Position numbers and translations under genes: made by a program
In this document: in pieces, positions 9,733 to 19,318 of the stretch
How positions within the stretch are numbered: the first letter of the stretch is position 1
Layout of the letters: each line of letters opens with the position of its first letter
The notes under the pieces: generated by a model
Seen by the model: the letters and a program-made list of their open reading frames with translations, nothing else
The model's database searches: none
What the model was told of the DNA's origin: nothing
Virus record (IMG/VR): IMGVR_UViG_2834148589_000001
Location: 7,655-71,654 of that record
DNA: 64,000 nucleotides
From: a virus
Lineage: Duplodnaviria; Caudoviricetes
Direction: 5' to 3' (one strand)

Positions 9733-10841
9733 GCTTCGCCCTCCAAAAGCACGTCGTTGAGATCGAGGCCGGGCGGGCAGGGCACGATCCGGGCCGTCAG
9801 GCCGGGGATCTTCGCCATGGCGCGGCGGGCGCCGGACATGAGCTTCGCGCGGGTCATCTTGGGATCGCTGTCGCCGTCTTCGATCAGCACCAGCTCGCGA
9901 ACCCAGGGCGGCGGAACAAAGGCCGCATCATCGGTCATGTCGGGCAGTCCCGCGTAGCGCAGGCCCTTGCCCTGGCGCATCTTGCCGGCGATGTTGCCGA
10001 GATCGACGCCCGCCCAGAACGCGGCGCCCGGATGAAGGCCTGAGACCATCGCCGTCAGCGTGGTCTCGATGCCTTCGGCCATGACAAGGGTGCCCTGCAG
10101 CACATTGGGCGTATGCAGCCTGATGGCCGCGCCCTTTTTCGAACCCCAGCTTTTCTTCACCTTCAGGGGCTGACCGTCATGCTCGATACGAAGCTTCCCG
10201 CGCGGCTGCGACAGATCGAACCAGGTGCGATGCACAGCCGTGCCGGTCGCGCCGGGTTGCTGGATCGCGGCCAGCATGGCGGGCCCCCGATGCGCCTCGA
10301 CCCATTGCCCGCCCGACGACACCATGTAGGGCAGGGACGGATGGTACCGCAGGCAGGGTGGCAGGATCGGTAAGCGATCCCGGGTAAAGCCGCGCAGTGC
10401 GAGGTAGTCGCGCACCGGCGAGTCCTCGGCCGGCAGGCCTTCATGCCAGATCCGACGCGCCTGCCGGATCGCCTCTTCACGGCGCCGGTTCGCGGCTTCC
10501 TCGAATTTCCTGCGCCCCTCGATGGCGCGGCGTTCGCGCTCGGCCAACTCTTCGCGGCTGAGTTCCTGACGATCGCCGCAGAGCCAGGTCAGCGCCTCGG
10601 GCAGAGTGCATCCGCGCAGCCAGCGCACGAGCTGGATGCCGTCGCCGGCATTGCCGCAGCGCCGGCACTGAAACACGCCCTTCGAGACGTTGATCGCGAA
10701 GCGGTCGGTGCCGCCGCATTCGGGGCAGGGGCCAATCAGCTCGTGCCCCGCGCGCTTGAGCCCGTCGATCGACAGGACCATGGCGATCTCTTCGATCGAG
10801 CGCGCGCGGGCTTCGACAAGGCGGGGATCGTCTCGGGTCAC
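9711..10841 (-). CDS. Zinc-finger/Toprim primase
   Basis: GPCPECGGTDRF, CRRCG, AEGIETTL, EDGD. Confidence 0.85.
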   Translation of the reverse strand: MTRDDPRLVEARARSIEEIAMVLSIDGLKRAGHELIGPCPECGGTDRFAINVSKGVFQCRRCGNAGDGIQLVRWLRGCTLPEALTWLCGDRQELSREELAERERRAIEGRRKFEEAANRRREEAIRQARRIWHEGLPAEDSPVRDYLALRGFTRDRLPILPPCLRYHPSLPYMVSSGGQWVEAHRGPAMLAAIQQPGATGTAVHRTWFDLSQPRGKLRIEHDGQPLKVKKSWGSKKGAAIRLHTPNVLQGTLVMAEGIETTLTAMVSGLHPGAAFWAGVDLGNIAGKMRQGKGLRYAGLPDMTDDAAFVPPPWVRELVLIEDGDSDPKMTRAKLMSGARRAMAKIPGLTARIVPCPPGLDLNDVLLEGEACPPAQP

Positions 10842-11362
10842 GGCTGCAGCCCGCCATAGATATGAACCGGCAGGTTATGGGCGAGCGCGAACCGCAGATC
10901 GCGCCAGACCATCGGGCAGCGATCCCAGCCCGGGATGTCGGGAATGGCGATCAGCGCTGCGACGTTCAGGATCGGCTGCGACCAGGCATCCCAGAAGACC
11001 CGGTCCAGAGGGTCGGGCGTGTCATCGTTCAGCACCTTTGCATGCGCGGCCTCGGCGATCTGCACGGTGGGTGCGAGCGCGGTGCAGCCGCAGGCCGCAA
11101 GGCGCCCCACCTCATTCGCGGCCCGGATCGACATCAGCACCGAGCGCTCGACGCGCCAGGCGCCCCGGATCTGTGCTTCGGCGTGGTATGGCGCGGAAAT
11201 GTAGACGATGCCCGCGCAGTTCCGGCTGACGCGGGCGGGCGACGATCCCGCAACAACAAGCGCCGACCACGGCCCCCTAGGATTGAGCACGGGCGCCCAG
11301 TCGATCCGCTTCTGATCGGGCAGTCGCGGGCGCTGATCCGGTATCGTAGGCTGGATCGTCAC
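10838..11362 (-). CDS. DUF1937-like protein
   Basis: VYISAPY...FWDAW...IPGWDRC pattern. Confidence 0.6.
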   Translation of the reverse strand: MTIQPTIPDQRPRLPDQKRIDWAPVLNPRGPWSALVVAGSSPARVSRNCAGIVYISAPYHAEAQIRGAWRVERSVLMSIRAANEVGRLAACGCTALAPTVQIAEAAHAKVLNDDTPDPLDRVFWDAWSQPILNVAALIAIPDIPGWDRCPMVWRDLRFALAHNLPVHIYGGLQP

Positions 11363-12537
11363 GCAGGCACCCCACGTTCGATCTGCGCGCGCCGGCGCAG
11401 CACGGCCAGCAGCGCCGGCTGGCCGTCAGTCGTGATCCTGTTCTTCTGGTCGCGGATGACTTCGGTCAGCAGCTCGAAGCGGGCCTTGGCCTTAGCGGCA
11501 TCCACGCCGAGATCCAGCGCCAGTTCACCGAGCTTCTGACCCGAGGCCAGACCTTCGACCAGGTCGAGGTCAAGGTCGGTACCGAAAATCGGATCGGCGG
11601 CCAGCGATCCCAGGTGAAACCAGACTTCGCGCTGCAGTCCTCTCAGATCATCCGGGCAGGCCGTGCCCTTGTTCCGGGCGGCACCCTGCGGCGGGATCGA
11701 GGGGGAAGGAGTCACCACCGCCGCAGGGGCCGCTTTCTCGCCGGTCCGGGCCGAGGGAACGTCCCGGACCGGCGCGCGCTCCCGGGGGCCTGCATTCGCG
11801 GGCGCGCTCTTCGGCGCTTCCGCGACCCCGGAAGTCTTGGATTGGGTGTCCCCCGGCGCAGCCTCGGCCGACACGCCTTGCGGCGACCCGATGCACTCGT
11901 CGGCGGGCGTCTTGCCGGGGGACAGAGCGGGGGCGACATCGCTGCCGGAACGGCCCCCGGTTCGAATGGCTTTCGGCGCTGGCGCTTTGGGCTTCGTCAG
12001 CCCAAGGCTGCGGCCACGATAAGATACCGCCGGCACCGGGCGCCCGAGCGCCTCGGCGATCGCGGGCCAGCTGTCGCCCGCCGCGTGCATGCGTCGGATC
12101 GTGTCTTCCTCTTCCTTCAGCCAAGGGCCACGCAGCAGGCCGTCCTTGCCGATCTGGCGCTCGCCAAAGGGCAGGGGCGATGGCGCGGCCGAGACTGTGC
12201 TAGGCGCGGCCGAGGCAGGCGGCGCGGCCGAGACTGTGCTAGGCGCGGCCGAGGCAGGCGGCGCGGCGTCTTCGTCATTTGCGGCCTCAGCCTGAGGCAC
12301 CGGCGCCGCTGGATAGGTCGCGGTCGCCGGCACGTCATCGATCTCGACAACGGTGTCGACCGGCCCGGGTGTACCCCAGAGCGACGGAACACGCAGGGTC
12401 GTGTCGCGGTCGGTCAGCGACACGGTGACCTCCATGCCGGCGCGCTCCAGGACGCCGCCGGCATCGCACAGCTTGCCCATCGCGTCGCGCAGCTCGCGCG
12501 TTTCGGCCAGTGTCATCTGTTTCAGGCTCGGGTGCAT
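11359..12537 (-). CDS. Pro/Ala-rich protein with Myb/GcrA-like HTH
   Basis: WLKEEEDTIRRMHAAGDSWPAIAEALGR; start trimmed to MHPS. Confidence 0.65.
   Translation of the reverse strand: MHPSLKQMTLAETRELRDAMGKLCDAGGVLERAGMEVTVSLTDRDTTLRVPSLWGTPGPVDTVVEIDDVPATATYPAAPVPQAEAANDEDAAPPASAAPSTVSAAPPASAAPSTVSAAPSPLPFGERQIGKDGLLRGPWLKEEEDTIRRMHAAGDSWPAIAEALGRPVPAVSYRGRSLGLTKPKAPAPKAIRTGGRSGSDVAPALSPGKTPADECIGSPQGVSAEAAPGDTQSKTSGVAEAPKSAPANAGPRERAPVRDVPSARTGEKAAPAAVVTPSPSIPPQGAARNKGTACPDDLRGLQREVWFHLGSLAADPIFGTDLDLDLVEGLASGQKLGELALDLGVDAAKAKARFELLTEVIRDQKNRITTDGQPALLAVLRRRAQIERGVPA
12182..12267. repeat. 39-bp exact tandem duplication (AAPPASAAPSTVS x2)
   Basis: 12182-12220 equals 12221-12259, plus a partial third unit. 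Confidence 0.9.
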
Positions 12538-12848
12538 TCCACGTCCTCCGGGCGGGCGGGGGTTTCGGCGGCTGTCACGACGCGAGGCGCCCACCAGACA
12601 AGCTCGGTGCCGTGATCCATGATCATGTCGCGGTGCTGGGTCAGCCCGGCGGCATCGAGCCGGGCGAGGGTCGCCTCGATCTCGGGCACGGGCGCCGCGA
12701 CCTCTTCCCAGATTTCGGCCAGCGTCTTCACGCCCCCATCGGCGCGCAGCCAGACGACGATCCGCACTGCGCACCGACCGCAACGGTTCGCGAGGCGCAT
12801 GACCTGTTCGTCAGCCAGTTCACCGATAGGGCGGAAGGTTTCGGTCAT
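12522..12848 (-). CDS. Hypothetical wHTH-like protein
   Basis: Start MTET overlaps the upstream stop. Confidence 0.55.
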   Translation of the reverse strand: MTETFRPIGELADEQVMRLANRCGRCAVRIVVWLRADGGVKTLAEIWEEVAAPVPEIEATLARLDAAGLTQHRDMIMDHGTELVWWAPRVVTAAETPARPEDVECTRA

Positions 12849-13357
12849 CAGCGAACGCCGCCGCGAAACGGAACGGTGGCCTGCGCAGGGCCTTCTGCGC
12901 GCAGCAAGAGTGAGGCACGGAACTGCATTGAGACCGCGACCAGCTGGTCGATCTCGCGGATCTGCTTGCGGGCCTCTTGCTGCGTGTAATCGTTGGGATC
13001 GCACGATGCGGCCGAGTGCGCCTGCGCATGCAGTGTCAGGACGTCGGAAAATTCCTGCGTGATCCGGTGCACATCGGCTGCCAGTGCGCCCTGTTCGATG
13101 ATCGGCTGGAAGACACCGCCGGCGAGCGCAGCGAAATACTGGGCGATCGGCGCCGCAGCCTCCGGCTTCACGCGCCCCAGCCGGTCGAGATAGTTCACGC
13201 CGAGCCCGCCCGGGCGAACGTCCTGGATCTCCGTCCCGTAAGACACCGAGGACCCCGCGATGCCGAGATCTCCGGCGATCTTCTTCTGATCACCATAGGC
13301 GTCATAGCAGGCCTGAACAGCCTCTTGGATGGTTCCGGGGGTCGTGGCGCGGGTCAT
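12848..13357 (-). CDS. CII-like regulator
   Basis: Downstream of Cro; near-identical to 38558-39070. Confidence 0.7.
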   Translation of the reverse strand: MTRATTPGTIQEAVQACYDAYGDQKKIAGDLGIAGSSVSYGTEIQDVRPGGLGVNYLDRLGRVKPEAAAPIAQYFAALAGGVFQPIIEQGALAADVHRITQEFSDVLTLHAQAHSAASCDPNDYTQQEARKQIREIDQLVAVSMQFRASLLLRAEGPAQATVPFRGGVR

Positions 13358-13451
13358 GACGAGGATCCTGTGAATTGCGCGGTGCGGGTTTCGCGTGACG
13401 GTCGGGGCCCTTGCGCCCATGGTTCACGGGCGAAAGGAAAGATGCATGTGT

Positions 13452-13661
13452 TCAGGAAGCGCTGCGCAGCGACGGGTAGAAATCCGACAGCTGGACGCCG
13501 AGGCCGAGTTCGTCGGATTTGGCGATGATCTCAGTCTTGGCTTCGTCAGGAACAGAACCTCGGACCATCCAGCTATGGACAGTCGACTTTGGCCGTCCGA
13601 GTGCTGCCGCCATCGGACGAACCCCGCCAAACTTCTCGATGATCTTCGATATGTGCTCCAT
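13452..13661 (-). CDS. Cro-like repressor
   Basis: IIEKFGGVRPMAAALGRPKSTVHSW HTH, divergent from CI. Confidence 0.85.
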   Translation of the reverse strand: MEHISKIIEKFGGVRPMAAALGRPKSTVHSWMVRGSVPDEAKTEIIAKSDELGLGVQLSDFYPSLRSAS

Positions 13662-13747
13662 GTCCGCATATAGCGCACAAATGCGGACGCATTTCAAGCG
13701 CAGTTTGCGGACGGACGCGGGCGGGCTGTCTATGCAATATGCGGACA
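13661..13747. promoter_or_regulatory. Operators between cro and cI (TGTCCGCA/TGCGGAC)
   Basis: Motif at 13661, 13682, 13706 and 13740. Confidence 0.7.
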
Positions 13748-14421
13748 TGCACAGTTCAGACGACATAACCGTTCAGGTTAAGGCACTTAGGGAGCGGGCC
13801 GGGCTGTCCGTTCGAAAGCTTGCGATGAGGATGGGGAAATCCTCGTCGGGCTATCTGCACTATGAAAGTCCCGATCGATACAAGGGCGGGCCGTTGCCGG
13901 TCGCTTTCGCCAAGGAGCTCGCCGCGGCGCTGGCCCCAGAGGGCATACCGTCAGAGGACGTTTTCCGCCTTACGGGTTTGCCGGCCGGGAAGGTTGAGCA
14001 GGATCCAGTCGACCTTGTTGATATCTACGATGTTCAGGCAAGCGCAGGCCACGGTGTCGTCGTCTACGACGAGGAAGCTGTTGCGCAGCTCGCATTCCCG
14101 CCAGGCTATCTTTCAAAACTCACGAGCGCCAAGCCGCAGGATCTGAAGATCATCTCGGTTAAAGGCGATTCCATGGTCCCGACGCTGGCAGAGGATGACG
14201 TGGTGATGCTCGATGTCACCAAGCGCGATCTGTCCTACGATGGGCTTTTCGTCATCAAAGACGGCGGCGATGCCTTGCTGGTAAAGCGCATTGGACGTGC
14301 TTCTCAGCGGGGCTTTGTGACAATCATCTCTGACAATCGGACAGTATACCCGTCGGTTGAGAAGGCGTTGGCCGATATCGAGGTGGTCGGACGCGTTGTC
14401 TGGAAAGGCGGAAAGGTTTGA
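13747..14421 (+). CDS. CI-like repressor, HTH + S24 peptidase
   Basis: HTH, ASAG cleavage site, VKGDSM, VKR. Confidence 0.93.
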   Translation: MHSSDDITVQVKALRERAGLSVRKLAMRMGKSSSGYLHYESPDRYKGGPLPVAFAKELAAALAPEGIPSEDVFRLTGLPAGKVEQDPVDLVDIYDVQASAGHGVVVYDEEAVAQLAFPPGYLSKLTSAKPQDLKIISVKGDSMVPTLAEDDVVMLDVTKRDLSYDGLFVIKDGGDALLVKRIGRASQRGFVTIISDNRTVYPSVEKALADIEVVGRVVWKGGKV

Positions 14422-14513
14422 CCGGAAACAGAGCGACCGGTTGAGCAATTTTCTTTTCATCAGCTGAGGCGCGAAATAGCATGTCCGTGTCGGGGAGACA
14501 CAGGAGGTGTAAA

Positions 14514-15578
14514 GTGACTGGTTTTGCTGAAAAGATTGAGATCCTGAGCTCGCGTTCAAAAGTCGCGGAGCGGCAGGCCTTGACGGAAGAGGCGACGAAA
14601 ACCTCTGTCATTCTGCCGTTCATTCAGGCACTCGGATTCGACGTATTCAATCTTGATGAGGTGGTCCCAGAGTTCATCGCGGATGTCGGGGTGAAGAAGG
14701 GAGAAAAGGTTGATTTTGCTATCAAGATTGACGGCAAGATCGCGATGCTCGTTGAGGCGAAGCCCGTCGGCGCGCGGCTTGGCGACACGCAGTTCAGTCA
14801 GCTTTTCCGGTACTTTACGGTGACTGAGGCACGCCTTGCGATCCTTACCAACGGTCGAGAAGCGTGGTTCTTTTCAGACACCGACGAACCCAACAAGATG
14901 GACAAGAAGCCGTTCTTTACGTTCGACTTTCAGAAGTACGACAAGGCCCAGGTCGAAGAGCTGGCGCGATTTCAAAAAGGGCAGTTCGCGATAGATGCGA
15001 TTATCGAAGCCGCTTCTAACCTGAAGTACACGCAGCAAGCTGCATCTTACCTGAAAAAACAGCTCGAAGAGCCCGATGATGACTTTGTGCGCCTCGTCGG
15101 GCGGCAGATTTATGAAGGTTCGATTACGAAGAACGTGGCCGAAGTCCTGCGCCCCGCTATCCAGGCGGCGCTCGATGAAATCATCAGGGACAGAATCCAA
15201 GACAAGCTGAGCATTACCTTCCGCCAAGAAAGCCCGGCTGCCGCGCAGGCGGCGCCCGAAATGGCGGCGGCAGAACCGGAGGACGGTATCGTTACGACAG
15301 ACGAAGAGCGAGAGGCGTTCATGATCGTTCGCGCCATCGCCGCCAAGCATGTACCGATCGAGCGTATTACCCTTAGGGACGCCAAGAGCTACTGCGCGAT
15401 CCTGATGGACGACAATAACCGGAAGCCGGTTTGCCGCCTCTACTTCAACTCTGCAACGACGAAGAATGTCGGGTTCTTCGATGCGAACAAGGCAGAGACA
15501 AAATCTAAGATTACAGTGCCCACCGATCTCTACTTGCATGTTGAAGCGATCGAAGCGGCGGTCAAAGCCTACTCTTAA
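14514..15578 (+). CDS. HsdR-N/PD-(D/E)xK nuclease-domain protein (accessory gene)
   Basis: TEEATK, EKVDFAI...VEAK, LTNG; GTG start with AGGAGG; lower GC. Confidence 0.8.
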   Translation: MTGFAEKIEILSSRSKVAERQALTEEATKTSVILPFIQALGFDVFNLDEVVPEFIADVGVKKGEKVDFAIKIDGKIAMLVEAKPVGARLGDTQFSQLFRYFTVTEARLAILTNGREAWFFSDTDEPNKMDKKPFFTFDFQKYDKAQVEELARFQKGQFAIDAIIEAASNLKYTQQAASYLKKQLEEPDDDFVRLVGRQIYEGSITKNVAEVLRPAIQAALDEIIRDRIQDKLSITFRQESPAAAQAAPEMAAAEPEDGIVTTDEEREAFMIVRAIAAKHVPIERITLRDAKSYCAILMDDNNRKPVCRLYFNSATTKNVGFFDANKAETKSKITVPTDLYLHVEAIEAAVKAYS

Positions 15579-15604
15579 GTTCGTTTTGACATGCCGAGCA
15601 CAAG

Positions 15605-15628
15605 AGCCCTGCCTATGGCGGGGCTTTC
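15605..15628 (+). terminator. Hairpin terminator
   Basis: GAGCCCCTGCC-TAT-GGCGGGGCTTT. Confidence 0.6.
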
Positions 15629-15672
15629 GCGTCTGCACTCTACTGGCTGGATCAGCGTCCGATTCGGTGGGG

Positions 15673-15714
15673 TGTCCGCATATGTCCGCATAATGCGTTG
15701 ACTGAATGTCCGCA
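15673..15714 (+). promoter_or_regulatory. Second operator cluster and early promoter of prophage 1
   Basis: TGTCCGCA at 15673, 15683 and 15707 around TTGACT (15698). Confidence 0.7.
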
Positions 15715-15788
15715 TTGTGCGATCACTCTCCCATCACCCGCCGAAGACGCCACCCGGCAGATCGCGGATCACCTGATGGGAGAGGCCG

Positions 15789-15926
15789 ATGCACGACACC
15801 ACCAACCTGATCGACCGGCTCGGACCCGGCGACGAACGCGCCCGCTGGATCCGCTGGCGCCTGCTCAAGCGCGAATACCGCGCCCGGAACTGCACTTTCC
15901 GCACCACGCGGAGGGCAGCGGCATGA
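15789..15926 (+). CDS. Small hypothetical protein (MHDTTNLIDRL...)
   Basis: GGAGAGG RBS; ATGA coupling to next gene; below ORF-track cutoff. Confidence 0.5.
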   Translation: MHDTTNLIDRLGPGDERARWIRWRLLKREYRARNCTFRTTRRAAA

Positions 15927-16120
15927 CCGGGCAGAACCCCCCGATCCTCAGCCCAGCCGCCGTGACCAAAATCGTGGACGTTGCGATGATCTATTTCGAC
16001 GACGGCGCGCTCTGGACTGCCGCCGCACGCCTCGAAGAGGCTGCGCGGGAAATCCGTAAATGCGCGCAGGCTAAGGATGATGCGCTTGGGCCCCTCCTTA
16101 AGCGGGAGGCGGCACAATGA
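15923..16120 (+). CDS. Hypothetical protein
   Basis: ATGA-coupled on both sides. Confidence 0.55.
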   Translation: MTGQNPPILSPAAVTKIVDVAMIYFDDGALWTAAARLEEAAREIRKCAQAKDDALGPLLKREAAQ

Positions 16121-16443
16121 CCCACGACACCCTTGCCCGCTGCATCGCGCTGGTGGAACGCGAGGTCCCGCGCCTGCAGGGCCGTGTCACCGCGGATCTT
16201 GATCTCGCGGCGCATGACCTCGACAGCCTGGACGTCATGGCCTTCGCGGTCGAAGCCGAGGACGTGTTCCAGGTCCTGATCGACGACAGCGTTCTGGACA
16301 CGATCACGTCGCCACGCACGCTGGCCGAAGCGGTCGACGCTGCCCTGCGCACCGCCCGCCCGCGCGGGCCGTCGGACAACCCGGCTCTCTACCGTGACGC
16401 AGACGCCGACGGCGAAGCCCAGGCCCCGGAGGACGCCGCATGA
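16117..16443 (+). CDS. Acyl carrier protein-like
   Basis: LDSLDVMAFAVEAEDVFQVLIDD phosphopantetheine motif; acidic. Confidence 0.75.
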   Translation: MTHDTLARCIALVEREVPRLQGRVTADLDLAAHDLDSLDVMAFAVEAEDVFQVLIDDSVLDTITSPRTLAEAVDAALRTARPRGPSDNPALYRDADADGEAQAPEDAA

Positions 16444-16637
16444 GCAGCCCGCAAGCCCATGGCGTCTTCGCCCTCATGCCTCGCGTCGACCAGCTGATCG
16501 CCGCCCGTGCGCGCATCGATGATCCCAAAGCCACGCCCGAGGACCGGGCAGGGGCGGCGGAGATCATGATCGAGCTCGGCACCGCCTTCGACAAGGGTCG
16601 CGCACAGCGTTTCCTGCGCGACCAGCGCGCCGCCTGA
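16440..16637 (+). CDS. Hypothetical protein
   Basis: ATGA-coupled. Confidence 0.55.
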   Translation: MSSPQAHGVFALMPRVDQLIAARARIDDPKATPEDRAGAAEIMIELGTAFDKGRAQRFLRDQRAA

Positions 16638-16738
16638 TCCGGGTTCCTGCCCCGCGCCGCTGAACGCCTCACCGGCGCGCACCTGCCCGGGCGGCGACTG
16701 TCCCGCCGCCCGGGCCTTTTCATTCCCCCGAGGTTTCC

Positions 16739-18586
16739 ATGTCCCAGACAGCCACAGCCCACGACGACAGCCCCGTCACCGTCCTGACGCCCCTGGCGGA
16801 TTGCTATGTTCATTCGCTCAACACCCGGACCGAGCCGCCCTCGGCCGAGATCGAGACCCTGGCCGATTGCATCGCCGATCTCGGCTTGCTGCAGAACCTT
16901 GCCGGATGGTTCGACCCGGCCAAGCCCGGAAAAGTCGGCATTGTTGCCGGCGGGCGGCGCCTGCGGGCGATGATCTTGCTGGCCTCACGCGAAGGCCGGT
17001 CGCCCGACGAGACGCGCGTACCGGTCAAGCTCGCACCCGACGAGGGTACCGCGCGGATCTGGGCCTCGGCCGAGAACACGGCCAGAGCGGCACTGCACCC
17101 GGCTGACGAGGTCCGGGCCTATGGCCGCATGGCCGGGAGCGGGTATGACGCAAACGCCATAGCTCGCTCTTTCGGGGTCAGCGAGCGGCATGTGCGCCAG
17201 CGCCTGAAGCTTGCCCAGCTGCCCCAGCCGGTGCTGGGCGCCCTGCGCGAGGGCAAGATCAGCCTCGACCAGGCCGGCGCCTTCACCGTCGCCACCAGCC
17301 CCGAAGCGGCCGAGGCTGAGCTGCAGCGTGTGCTGGCCTCGCAGTGGGGCAACGGCGCGGCTGAGATCCGGGGCCGGCTTTCGCGCGCCTCGATCGGGAT
17401 GCACGATCCGCGCGCCAAGCTGGTGGGCCTCGATGCCTATCGCGCCGCCGGCGGGACGGTGCTGGAAGATCTCTTCACTGACCAGGTGCAGCTGCTCGAT
17501 GAGGCGATCCTCGACGAGCTGGTGGAACGGCGCCTGTCCGATGCCGTCGATTTCAATCTCGCGCGTGGCTGGAAATGGGTCGAGGCGATCGAGGGTTCAG
17601 ATCGCTTCGATGCCCAACGGAACATGGAGCGGATCTGGCCCCAGCCTATCGAATTGCCCGAGGCCGACGCGCTCGAACTGGCCGAGCTGCGGGATCGAGC
17701 GGGTGAGGAAGAGTTTACCGAAGCCGAGATCGAGCGCATGTATGAGCTCGAAGAGCGAGAGGCCGGAGACTATTCCGACGAAGATCGCGCCACATCGGGC
17801 CTATTCCTCTACGTGGGCCAGGACGGCAAAATCGAAACGCACGGTCCCTACCGGCGCCGGGAAGATGCCCCCGGCGCTGCGGATGCAGGCGAGAGCGGCG
17901 GCGGCGCGGTCAAGGTCGAGGCGAAGGCCTTGCCGAACAACCTGCTCGAGGACCTCGCGAAGATCCGTCTGGCTGCCCTGCAGCGCCGCGCAGCCGCGCA
18001 GACCGAGCTGATGCTTGATATTCTGGCATGGCAGCTGTCGGGCGGAGTGCGCCCCTACGAGCGGGTGCTGGGGATCTCCGTCGACCGACCGTCGATCGCC
18101 CCGGAGAAACCCGAAGGCTTCGAACTCCCCGGGTCGCTGGTGGATCCCGAGGCGAGCGTGGAAAGCGCCACGCCCGAGCGCTTCGCCGAATTCCGTGCCC
18201 TCGGCAAGAAGCAACGCAACGAGGTCCTCACGCGGGCGCTTGGCCGCTTGCTCATGCCGCACAGTGACATGGCGCCCTGGATCGCAGCGCAGCTGACGCC
18301 CGATCCCCGCCAGATCTGGACGCCCACGGCCGCCGGATATCTCGGTCGCCTGCCGGTGCCGGTGCTGGATCGGCTCTGGGCAGAGCTGGTCCCCGAAGAT
18401 CGCCGCGAGGGGCTGGAGTTCGACGGCAAGAAGAAAGGCGAGAAGGCGAAGATCTTGGAGCGCCTGTTCAACGAAGCCGATTTCCGCGAAGCCCTAGGCC
18501 TCTCGCGCGACATGAACGCCCGGATCGACGCCTGGCTGCCCGAGCAGCTGCAATGGCCGAGCGTGGGGGATGAAGGCGATGACTGA
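16739..18586 (+). CDS. ParB/Spo0J-domain protein (long form)
   Basis: GLLQNL, AGGRRLRA, AENTAR, LHPADE, HTH. Confidence 0.88.
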   Translation: MSQTATAHDDSPVTVLTPLADCYVHSLNTRTEPPSAEIETLADCIADLGLLQNLAGWFDPAKPGKVGIVAGGRRLRAMILLASREGRSPDETRVPVKLAPDEGTARIWASAENTARAALHPADEVRAYGRMAGSGYDANAIARSFGVSERHVRQRLKLAQLPQPVLGALREGKISLDQAGAFTVATSPEAAEAELQRVLASQWGNGAAEIRGRLSRASIGMHDPRAKLVGLDAYRAAGGTVLEDLFTDQVQLLDEAILDELVERRLSDAVDFNLARGWKWVEAIEGSDRFDAQRNMERIWPQPIELPEADALELAELRDRAGEEEFTEAEIERMYELEEREAGDYSDEDRATSGLFLYVGQDGKIETHGPYRRREDAPGAADAGESGGGAVKVEAKALPNNLLEDLAKIRLAALQRRAAAQTELMLDILAWQLSGGVRPYERVLGISVDRPSIAPEKPEGFELPGSLVDPEASVESATPERFAEFRALGKKQRNEVLTRALGRLLMPHSDMAPWIAAQLTPDPRQIWTPTAAGYLGRLPVPVLDRLWAELVPEDRREGLEFDGKKKGEKAKILERLFNEADFREALGLSRDMNARIDAWLPEQLQWPSVGDEGDD

Positions 18587-18857
18587 CGAAAAGCAACAAG
18601 TGGGCCGGCTGGCAATGCGCGTCGAAGGCGACTGGTGGGTTGCCTATTATGCGTTGCCCGAAACCATGGAGGGCGCCTTGGAACTCGGGCGTATCCGGAT
18701 GGCGATCGTCGAGGATTGGCAGGCCAAGGAATTGTTCATGTCTCTCATGCGGGACGCGGTGACCGCGATCATCCGCGACCGCACCGGAGCCAAGGCCGAA
18801 TGGCCCGAACCGCATGGGCGGCCGGCGCCGGAGCACGAGCGGGCAGGGAGGGGGTGA
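18579..18857 (+). CDS. Hypothetical phage protein
   Basis: [16 protein letters not shown]; coupled to neighbours. Confidence 0.6.
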   Translation: MTDEKQQVGRLAMRVEGDWWVAYYALPETMEGALELGRIRMAIVEDWQAKELFMSLMRDAVTAIIRDRTGAKAEWPEPHGRPAPEHERAGRG

Positions 18858-19135
18858 TGCCCGAAGGCCTGACCTGCCCGCGCTGCCACGGCGCCACCAC
18901 GGTGATCGACTCGCGCGGAACGGTGCTCGGAGATCTCCCGACCATCCGCCGCCGGCGCCGCTGCGCCAGTTGCGATCACCGTTTCACCACCTACGAGCTG
19001 CAGGATGCAGTCATCGCCGCCGTCGAGCAACGCCTTGAGGCGATCGACACCCTACGGACGATGGCGCAGCGGCCTGTCACGCTGAAACCTCAGCCACCGC
19101 GCCTGCACCTGGCGCATGGACAGGAGGGCACCTGA
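18857..19135 (+). CDS. NrdR-like zinc-ribbon protein (no ATP cone)
   Basis: [27 protein letters not shown]. Confidence 0.8.
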   Translation: MPEGLTCPRCHGATTVIDSRGTVLGDLPTIRRRRRCASCDHRFTTYELQDAVIAAVEQRLEAIDTLRTMAQRPVTLKPQPPRLHLAHGQEGT

Positions 19136-19136
19136 C

Positions 19137-19313
19137 ATGGGCGCGCCGCGTCTCACCAAGGCTCAGATCGAGCGCGCACTCGCGGCCTGGAAGGAGCAGG
19201 TGGGCGCGGTAGGGGCCATGCAGGTCATGCCCGACGGTTCGATCCGCGTCGAGGCGCCGGTTGACCGTACCCCCGAACCAAAGCACGATCCGAGGGAGCC
19301 GGAACCGTGGTAG
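19137..19313 (+). CDS. Putative excisionase
   Basis: RLTKAQIERAL...PDGSIRV, immediately upstream of integrase. Confidence 0.6.
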   Translation: MGAPRLTKAQIERALAAWKEQVGAVGAMQVMPDGSIRVEAPVDRTPEPKHDPREPEPW

Positions 19314-19318
19314 ATGAC

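Noticed and set aside
19233-19255. Gapped match of unit 5 to the prophage 1 excisionase; unit 2 similarly to the terminase small subunit start near 5504
   Set aside because: Both 11/16, not significant; no convincing target in prophage 1 found by eye
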